Origin: Beijerinckiaceae bacterium
GTDB lineage: Bacteria; Pseudomonadota; Alphaproteobacteria; Rhizobiales; Beijerinckiaceae
Direction of reading: 5' to 3'
Assembly: GCA_947454485.1 (NCBI GenBank)
Contig: CANGJJ010000012.1
Span: 1,687-65,686, forward strand
Length of the DNA stretch: 64,000 nucleotides
Shown here: positions 57,594-64,000 of the stretch, one piece after another
Layout of the letters: every line of letters begins with the position of its first letter
Position numbering within the stretch: position 1 is the first letter of the stretch
Program-made: the position numbers and the translations under genes
The notes under the pieces: generated by a model
The model's database searches: none
What the model was told of the DNA's origin: nothing
Seen by the model: only the letters and a program-made list of their open reading frames with translations

Positions 57594-58505
57594 TCATCCA
57601 TTCACGCTGGCGAGCGCACGAGCATAGTAGCTTTGATCCACAAGCGCGCGCCAATCACGCAGGCTAGGGTCCTCACCCTGCAATTCAGCTCGCGCCGCCA
57701 AAACCGCCGCAAAGCCCGCCTCATTGAAAGCCGCATCGACGGTAAAGCCAAAATCTGGCGCAAGAAGATCGCGCTTGGTCGCCTCTGCCAGCTCAGGCGA
57801 CAGATGAAGCTTGCGCGACAGCATGGCCTCAACCGCAGCACCATTCTTGTCATCACGTAACCAACGCAGCGCCGCGATATAGCCAGCCATATAGGCCTCA
57901 AGCTCACGGCCATGCGCTTTGGCCCAAGGGCGCAGCACGAAGGCACCGCCGGCCTGATAGGGACCGAGCACATCAACCAAGCGACCCAGACTGCGCAAAC
58001 CGCTGAGCTGGGCTTGCGCAGAAAAGGGCGGATTGAGCACAGCGCCCGAAATGGTTTCATCCGCCAAGAGAACGCGCAACCGGCGCGCCCCATTGCCGAC
58101 AGGCAAGAAGATGTAATCCTGCCCCAAGACCAAGCCAGCACCAGCGAGCATTTTGCGCGCAAGAAGCGCATAGGCTGTATCGGGCGAATCCACCGCAATG
58201 GTCGCACCGCGCAATTGCGTAATGTCGTGGATATGCGGCTGAACGATGAAATCATTCATGCCGCTTTCACCGCCCATGACGATCACAACATCATGGCCCT
58301 TGGTGATCATCGACAAAGCATTGTCGACCGCCGCCTGAACGATCTGCACATCGCCACCCCCCAAAGCAGCGCGCTGCTCCTTGGAGGAGGAGGTCTCGTG
58401 CAAGGCGACATCAAGGCCGCGCGCCGCGAAGAACCCCTGCTCCATGCCCACCCATAAAGGCAGGGCTTTGGCATTGGGAAATGTGCTGACCGTCAGTCGG
58501 TCCAT
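57594..58505 (-). CDS. NMT1/THI5/SsuA-like binding-fold protein without a signal peptide (predicted cytoplasmic)
   Basis: ORF track 57594..58628. The ATG at 58505 lies 1 nt after the GlcG stop. MDRLTVSTFPNAKALPLWVGMEQGFFAARGLDV enters the fold directly. Same architecture as 22610..23536. Confidence 0.72.
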   Translation of the reverse strand: MDRLTVSTFPNAKALPLWVGMEQGFFAARGLDVALHETSSSKEQRAALGGGDVQIVQAAVDNALSMITKGHDVVIVMGGESGMNDFIVQPHIHDITQLRGATIAVDSPDTAYALLARKMLAGAGLVLGQDYIFLPVGNGARRLRVLLADETISGAVLNPPFSAQAQLSGLRSLGRLVDVLGPYQAGGAFVLRPWAKAHGRELEAYMAGYIAALRWLRDDKNGAAVEAMLSRKLHLSPELAEATKRDLLAPDFGFTVDAAFNEAGFAAVLAARAELQGEDPSLRDWRALVDQSYYARALASVNG

Positions 58506-58506
58506 C

Positions 58507-59001
58507 TCAGCGCGGATCCTTGATCGGCGGGCCATTCTTGATGTTGAGCTGATGCTGACGCTCAGCGTCGAAATCATCATCGCTCTTAAGACCCGCGCGG
58601 CGGATGCCCTCGATGGCGCACAAATCATCGACCTCGTTCACATCACCCGTGACGCCGATCGCACCGATGATCTCGCCATGTTCATCGCGAATGAGCTGGC
58701 CACCGGCTTCCAAAAAGATTGGCTGATCAGCCATGGCGCGCAAAGTATCCATGAAGGCGGGCTTTTCACGCGACTTCTGCAACACCATGCGCGAAGAGCG
58801 ATGCATCGCCAAAGCGCCAAAGGCCTTGCCGCGCGAAATTTCAAACCGCATCAGCGATGCGCCATCCTGCTTCAGAAAAGCCTTCACGCGGCCGCCTGCA
58901 TCAAGCACGCAAGCCGCCAGCGCATGGGCCTTCATCTCCTCAGCCCTCTCGAAAGTCTTGAGGATGATGGTGAGTGCCTGATCCATTGTGATGCTGCGCA
59001 T
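58507..59001 (-). CDS. GlcG/HbpS-like (DUF336) haem-binding-type protein
   Basis: 164 aa. AACVLDAGGRVKAFLKQDGA...SRGKAFGALA...GGQLIRDEHGEIIGAIGVTGD is a canonical DUF336 pattern. Confidence 0.82.
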   Translation of the reverse strand: MRSITMDQALTIILKTFERAEEMKAHALAACVLDAGGRVKAFLKQDGASLMRFEISRGKAFGALAMHRSSRMVLQKSREKPAFMDTLRAMADQPIFLEAGGQLIRDEHGEIIGAIGVTGDVNEVDDLCAIEGIRRAGLKSDDDFDAERQHQLNIKNGPPIKDPR

Positions 59002-59011
59002 CGCTCGTCCC

Positions 59012-59043
59012 TTTTTAAAAAATGAGCGCGCCCGCAGGCGCGC
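59012..59043 (-). terminator. Rho-independent terminator after the Bug gene at 59053
   Basis: On the minus strand the stem is GCGCGCC-TGCG-GGCGCGC, followed by TCATTTTTTAAAAAG. Confidence 0.65.
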
Positions 59044-59052
59044 CGTATGTTG

Positions 59053-60012
59053 TTAGTCAGCGCGCAGTTCGAGCGCTTCGACCATTTTCTTCCACTGTGC
59101 ATATTCGCGGTCCATGAAGGCGCGCGTGGTCGGCACATTGCCATTCAGCGGGTCAAAGCCAATGGCGCGGAGCTTTTCCTGAATGGCGGGCTCGGAGATG
59201 ATCTCGTCGATCTGCTTGTTGAGCGCGCTCACAGGAGCATCGGGCGTGCCGGGAGGGGCGAAGAAGCCAACCCAAGAGAGCGAGGTGAAGCCCGGATAGC
59301 CAACTTCTGCAAAGGTCGGCACATCTTTCACGACCGGGTTGCGCTTCTCAGAGGCAATCGCAAGGCCACGGATGGAGCCGCTCGCCACCTGCGAGGCAAA
59401 GCCCGACAAGGAGGAGATGACCATCGGGATATGGCTGCCCATCAGCGCATTGGTCGCATCAGGCCCGCCACGGAACGGAATGTGCTTGGGATTCGCCTTG
59501 ACGATGAATTTGAAAAAATACTCGCCCGCAATATGCGAGCCCGTGCCAACGCCGGCAGTGCCAAAGATGACTTCCTTGTCCTTGGCGGCAGCGACGAAGT
59601 CCTCGATGGTTTTGGCCGGATCATTCTTGCCAATGGCAAAGACCTCAGGCGTCGTCGCCACAACGGCCACAGGCACGAGCGAGGTCGCCGAGAAACCCTT
59701 ATTCCGATAGAGCGTCTCGTTGATTGGCAGAGCGGCCGTGGTCACGAGCAGCGTATTGGCATCGGCCGTCGCGCCGATGACGGCCTTGGCCGCGATATTG
59801 GCACCAGCGCCGGGGCGATTTTCGATCACCACATTGCGACCGGTCTTCTCGGTCAGGCGGCCGCCCACGATGCGGGCAATAGAATCAGCCGAGCCACCGG
59901 GGGCAAAGCCAACAATCATGTTCAGCGGCGGCTGGGATTGCGCCAGCGCGGGGGTGGCAAGGAGGCTAAGAGCGGCGAAAACTGCGCCAAACGGCGTGAG
60001 CAGCGTCTTCAT
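59053..60012 (-). CDS. Bug-family (TctC-like) substrate-binding protein
   Basis: ORF track 59053..60051, ATG at 60012. MKTLLTPFGAVFAALSLLATPALAQ is the signal peptide. GFAPGGSADSIARIVGGRL and IENRPGAGANIA. Confidence 0.9.
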   Translation of the reverse strand: MKTLLTPFGAVFAALSLLATPALAQSQPPLNMIVGFAPGGSADSIARIVGGRLTEKTGRNVVIENRPGAGANIAAKAVIGATADANTLLVTTAALPINETLYRNKGFSATSLVPVAVVATTPEVFAIGKNDPAKTIEDFVAAAKDKEVIFGTAGVGTGSHIAGEYFFKFIVKANPKHIPFRGGPDATNALMGSHIPMVISSLSGFASQVASGSIRGLAIASEKRNPVVKDVPTFAEVGYPGFTSLSWVGFFAPPGTPDAPVSALNKQIDEIISEPAIQEKLRAIGFDPLNGNVPTTRAFMDREYAQWKKMVEALELRAD

Positions 60013-60119
60013 GTGCGTTTCCCTGAGTGAGGCCCGACGGGCTTTCCCCACTGCTTGTGCCAGATTGGGCTGAAACGCTCAAGCATCGCAGGGGGCAAGC
60101 TGCCCCCCTTTTTAACGAT

Positions 60120-61436
60120 CTATCGCCCGTCCAACAGGGCCGGCAAAGCCGTGATGATCGGCGGAAAGAGAACCATCAGCACCAGCCCCAACATGATCAG
60201 CCATACAAAGGGCCAAGCAGCGCTGAAAATCTCCGCCATGGTCGCCTGCGGCGCCGCGCTTTTGAAAGCAAAGAGCGTGTAGCCAAAGGGAGGCGAGATG
60301 CCACCCACGGTCGCGACGATCAAGAACAGGGTGTAGAACCAGATCTCATCGAATTTGTAGAGAAGGAGAATGGGTTTGTAGATCGGGATCAGCACCAGCA
60401 TGATCGCGACTTGATCCAGAAACATGAAGAGCACGAAGGGTAGCGCAATCATGCAGGTCAGCATGAGCCAGCTCGACAGTTGCAAATGCGCGACAAGTTC
60501 GCCCAAGGCTTGCGGTGCGCCGGTGAATGTCAGCAACTGGGAGAACATCACCGCGCTGCACATGATGATGAGCAAGAGCGAGGACACACGCACGCCCGCT
60601 GTCAGTGCCTCTTTGATCATATCGAGCGAGAGCTTGCGATAGGAGGCCGCAAGGATCACCGAACCCAGCACACCTGTGGCTGCCGCCTCAGTCGGGGTCG
60701 CGATGCCGAACATCACAAGCCCCATCACAAGGAAGAAGATGAAGAGGCTGGGGATCATCCGCAGCACTGCGACAATCGCCCCGCCCTTATGCTGCGCTAG
60801 AACCTCCGCATCAATGTCAGGCGACAGCTTCGGATTGAACTTAAGCCGAATGAAGACATAGCCCAGGAACATCACGGTGAGGAAAATGCCCGGCACAATG
60901 CCCGCGATGAGCAACTTGCCGGTTGAGATCTGCGCGATAGTGGCGATGAGAATGGCGAGCACGCTGGGGGGGATGATCGGGTCCAAACTCGCGCCAGCCA
61001 AAATCGTGCCCGCTGACAATTTGGGATCATAGCCACGCTGCAACATGGTGGGATAGAGCGAGCGGCCAAGCAGGCCAGCCACCGCCATGGCCGCGCCCGA
61101 CAGCGCACCCAAAATGGCAGAGAGCAAAATACACAAAACAAATTGCCGCCCACGCACACGACCCACCAGCCGATCAAGAGAGTCGAACAAGACTTCCATC
61201 GCGCCTGAGCGGAACAACAATTCGCCCATCACGATAAAGAGCGGCACTGCCGTAAGCGCACCATAGGTCGCCGAGGAATAGATACTGTTGGCCAAAAGGC
61301 CGAAGCCTGCATCCCCAAAGAGCACCAGAACGCCGGTGATATTGAGAATGAGGAAGGAGACGAAAATCGGAACGCCGATGATCAGCAGACCAATCAGAAG
61401 GGCGACGCCGCCCGCAAGTGCAACATCCCAGCTCAT
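60120..61436 (-). CDS. dctM: TRAP transporter large permease (DctM family)
   Basis: 438 aa. VPLFIVMGELLFRSG and SGAAMAVAG blocks. The start overlaps the dctQ stop by 4 nt. Confidence 0.92.
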   Translation of the reverse strand: MSWDVALAGGVALLIGLLIIGVPIFVSFLILNITGVLVLFGDAGFGLLANSIYSSATYGALTAVPLFIVMGELLFRSGAMEVLFDSLDRLVGRVRGRQFVLCILLSAILGALSGAAMAVAGLLGRSLYPTMLQRGYDPKLSAGTILAGASLDPIIPPSVLAILIATIAQISTGKLLIAGIVPGIFLTVMFLGYVFIRLKFNPKLSPDIDAEVLAQHKGGAIVAVLRMIPSLFIFFLVMGLVMFGIATPTEAAATGVLGSVILAASYRKLSLDMIKEALTAGVRVSSLLLIIMCSAVMFSQLLTFTGAPQALGELVAHLQLSSWLMLTCMIALPFVLFMFLDQVAIMLVLIPIYKPILLLYKFDEIWFYTLFLIVATVGGISPPFGYTLFAFKSAAPQATMAEIFSAAWPFVWLIMLGLVLMVLFPPIITALPALLDGR

Positions 61437-61984
61437 GCCGACACCACCTCTGCGGGAGCCTGCACCTCTTCACCCAGAAGATGACGCAGGAAATAGAGAC
61501 CCGCACTGGCAAAGCCATAAGGGATCGTGACGGAGATGATCCATTTGGGGATCGGATTATGCGCCATCGTGAAAATATTGCCGACAAATTGCGCCATCGT
61601 CTCACTGGCGCAAATCCACGCCGCTGCGAATGTGGCCACAAGACCGAGCAAATTGACGATCTTTTTTAGCATCGCCACTTTGGAGGCAGACATGCTCTCC
61701 ATCAGAATATTGATCGATAGATGCGAGCCCTCGCGCGTCATCTCAGGCAGGGCCAGAAAGATCATCAGGCAGAGCGCATAAGAGGTGAAGGGATTGACCC
61801 ATGTGGTCGGCGCATCGAAGAAATAGCGCAGCACCACTTCGACACAATAAGCCGCCGCGATGAAAGCAAGGCCGAGCATGGCCACAAAGAAGGACAGGCG
61901 CGTCAGCCCATCGTGAAGGCGCTTGAGAATTTGCACAGGCTTTCCCCAGATGAGAACCGCGCCAGCGATCCGGCGCGGTTTCAT
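61433..61984 (-). CDS. dctQ: TRAP transporter small permease (DctQ family)
   Basis: 183 aa, 4 TM segments, positioned between dctP and dctM. Confidence 0.85.
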   Translation of the reverse strand: MKPRRIAGAVLIWGKPVQILKRLHDGLTRLSFFVAMLGLAFIAAAYCVEVVLRYFFDAPTTWVNPFTSYALCLMIFLALPEMTREGSHLSINILMESMSASKVAMLKKIVNLLGLVATFAAAWICASETMAQFVGNIFTMAHNPIPKWIISVTIPYGFASAGLYFLRHLLGEEVQAPAEVVSA

Positions 61985-62003
61985 TTAACTGCACCAGATG
62001 TGC

Positions 62004-62987
62004 TTACTTCGCGAGGCCCTTGGCCACAGCGAGCTTGCGCAACGCGTCGGTTTCAGCCGGCATCTTCTTGGCAGAGTTTTCCCACTGGCCGGCAGCCCAA
62101 GCATCCGTCAAGCGCGCTTTCTGGTCGGGGCCCATTTCGGCGACCTGCATGCCAGCCTTCAGCAGCTTGTCGAGCTCTTCGTCCACGAGCTTGGTGTAGC
62201 CATTGTAATAGGTCTCTTCGGCCTTCTCAGCCGCCGACATCAGAACCTTCTTTTCAGCATCGCTGAGTTTGTTCCATGTCGCCAGATTGACGAAGATCAG
62301 CTGCGTTGTCGTGCCGAAGGCAGGACGCAGAACGAATTTCGACACTTCATGCCATTTGTTATTGAAGACACCGAAGGTCGGCCAAGCCGCGCCATCGACA
62401 AGGCCCTTTTCGAGCGATGTATAGACTTCAGCAGGCGGCAGAATGACCGGCGAGGCATTCAGCAATTTCAGCACGCCATCATAGGTCGGCGTGGCGCGGA
62501 TCTTGTAACCTTGCAAATCACCCGACGGCTTCACGGGCGAGCGCAGCACCATGTGATAGCCCTGCCCCGGCGCAGACGGGGCCAGCATCAAAAGCTTCAC
62601 GCCAAAGCGGGCATAATGTTCATCGAGATGCTGCTTGATACCACCTGCGCGCCACTGGTCGAGCGTACCTGAGAGCGCCTCAACAGCGGTGGCAATCGGC
62701 GATGTGCCGAAATGATAAGCGCCGTGGGTGAAGAGCAGATGGAAGACACCCGCGCCCACAGGCTGCAATTGTTCGAAAGAGGGAACCGTCTCAGGCCCAC
62801 TGATGCGGATCTTGATGCCGCCATTGGTGGCCGCCTCAACATCCTTGATGAAGGGCTCGACCAGCATCTGACGCTGCGGATAGTTCTGATCCCAGCTTGA
62901 CAACATCCGCAATTCAGCTGCGCTCGCGGCCTGCACAACAAAAGCCGCAACCGCCGCAACACAACCCATCAGCATTGATTTTTTCAT
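62004..62987 (-). CDS. dctP: TRAP transporter substrate-binding protein (DctP family)
   Basis: 327 aa. Signal peptide ...FVVQAASA/AE. LRMLSSWDQNYP is typical of the COG4663-type TRAP SBP subgroup. Confidence 0.88.
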   Translation of the reverse strand: MKKSMLMGCVAAVAAFVVQAASAAELRMLSSWDQNYPQRQMLVEPFIKDVEAATNGGIKIRISGPETVPSFEQLQPVGAGVFHLLFTHGAYHFGTSPIATAVEALSGTLDQWRAGGIKQHLDEHYARFGVKLLMLAPSAPGQGYHMVLRSPVKPSGDLQGYKIRATPTYDGVLKLLNASPVILPPAEVYTSLEKGLVDGAAWPTFGVFNNKWHEVSKFVLRPAFGTTTQLIFVNLATWNKLSDAEKKVLMSAAEKAEETYYNGYTKLVDEELDKLLKAGMQVAEMGPDQKARLTDAWAAGQWENSAKKMPAETDALRKLAVAKGLAK

Positions 62988-63078
62988 CTTATCCTCCCCA
63001 ACCAGCGCAGCTTTTGCTGTCTTGATGAAAGCTTAGAGGGCAGCGCGACCATGTCAACCACGCTGCCCCTCGACAGTG

Positions 63079-63810
63079 TCAGGACTTGCTGAACATCTGC
63101 ATGAATTGATCAGACCCCATCACGGTCGACCAATAGGGATAGACGAATTCCAGCATCTGGTTCGCAAATTCGGGGCGGAAGGAGATCATCAGATCCTTCA
63201 GCGCATAGGTGCGATAGCCCAGATCATGTGCATGCAGCACCGAAGCATAGACGCAAATATCGGTATTGAAGCCGATGATCGCGACATTGCGGATGCCTTT
63301 ATGCTTGAGAATGAGATCGAGCCCATTCGAGTTGAAGGCGCTGGCGGCAATGCGATTGGGCAGCCAGATATCCTTGTCTTTTGCTCCAGGCTTCAGCGGC
63401 TCATAAAGATCGACCGGCCAAGTATTGACCTTCCAGGCCTGACGCAAAATCTGCGCGCGGTGGAATGTGCCGGTCGTGCCCCAATCAAGCTCGCGATAAT
63501 CATTCGTATAGGCTTCGGTGACATGGATCACCTGAATGCCAAGCTCACGCGCCTTCTTCACCGCTGCGACGGATTTTTCGAGCATGTGATTTTCTTTGTA
63601 CTGCTTCTCCAGACGCGGATAGTGCTCGCCCTTTTCGGAAGCAAAATTATTCTGGAAGTCGACGACAATGAGCGCGGTCTCTTCAGCCTTCAAAGTCTTG
63701 GGCTGTGCAGGCAACTCAACGAGGGGCGCATTATTGGCGGGGGTCTGCGCCAAAGCAGGCAAAGGCGCGAGCAGGGCGACAGCGAAACAAGATGCGATCC
63801 ATTTTTTCAT
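63079..63810 (-). CDS. Isochorismatase-family cysteine hydrolase with a Sec signal peptide (predicted periplasmic)
   Basis: ORF track 63079..63960. The ATG at 63810 gives MKKWIASCFAVALLAPLPALAQ/TP. ALIVVDFQNNF (Asp) and IIGFNTDICVYASV (nucleophilic Cys) are present. Confidence 0.8.
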   Translation of the reverse strand: MKKWIASCFAVALLAPLPALAQTPANNAPLVELPAQPKTLKAEETALIVVDFQNNFASEKGEHYPRLEKQYKENHMLEKSVAAVKKARELGIQVIHVTEAYTNDYRELDWGTTGTFHRAQILRQAWKVNTWPVDLYEPLKPGAKDKDIWLPNRIAASAFNSNGLDLILKHKGIRNVAIIGFNTDICVYASVLHAHDLGYRTYALKDLMISFRPEFANQMLEFVYPYWSTVMGSDQFMQMFSKS

Positions 63811-63829
63811 CGTCATTCTCCCTTGGTGA

Positions 63830-64000
63830 TTATTTGATTGTGCCAGCGCCGTCTTCGAGGCTGGTGATGAGCAACTGCGTGCCCTTGTCTTCATGAGTAA
63901 AACGCCACGCACCGCGCGGTGCAGGACCGCTGACAACGGCCGCCTGTTTGGAGGGATCAAAAACCGACATATGGCAGCGGCAGAAAAAGACGGGATTGGC
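63830..64000 (-). CDS. C-terminal 56 codons of a Rieske [2Fe-2S]-type protein (AioB/PetA-like second cluster box); the gene starts beyond the right edge
   Basis: Not in the ORF track because there is no start in the window. The reverse frame is open from 64000 to the TAA at 63832-63830. It reads ANPVFFCRCHMSVFDPSKQAAVVSGPAPRGAWRF...GAGTIK. CxCH-x-S-x-FD...GPAP is the second Rieske box, with unusual R and M in place of the common P and G. Confidence 0.55.
   Translation of the reverse strand, partial: ANPVFFCRCHMSVFDPSKQAAVVSGPAPRGAWRFTHEDKGTQLLITSLEDGAGTIK

Overview
GC-rich chromosomal segment, probably from an alphaproteobacterium (Hyphomicrobiales-like; this is inferred from protein families and the repeat style, not proven). 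I call 62 protein-coding genes (2 partial), one tRNA-Gln(CUG) and four clusters of a mosaic palindromic repeat. The content is almost entirely aromatic and organic-acid catabolism plus solute capture. It includes a quinate/shikimate to protocatechuate module with ligAB (4,5-cleavage), a NagG/TphA2-like Rieske oxygenase alpha/beta pair, and two gentisate-1,2-dioxygenase-family cupins. It also includes a UbiD decarboxylase, a lone CoxL-like molybdenum hydroxylase subunit, FAH-family and amidohydrolase_2 enzymes, paired class II aldolases, a TPP enzyme and a TauD/TauE pair. Housekeeping or stand-alone genes are CopA, ilvD and one complete TRAP transporter. Fourteen of the 62 genes encode solute-binding-protein folds: 7 Bug/TctC, 6 NMT1/SsuA-like and 1 DctP. 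No TctAB or ABC membrane/ATPase genes are present. Only one transcription factor (IclR) is visible. I see no CRISPR, integrase, transposase, phage, toxin-antitoxin or recognisable defence genes. The best candidates for something undescribed are: (i) the UbiD / orphan CoxL-like / signal-less NMT1-like operon; (ii) the GlcG / signal-less NMT1-like / Cys-less isochorismatase / Bug / M24 operon; (iii) a PLP-fold-like protein apparently lacking the canonical lysine, downstream of copA; and (iv) the ~168-bp multi-hairpin mosaic repeat family. All functional calls rest on motif-level recognition by eye, and no database search was run.
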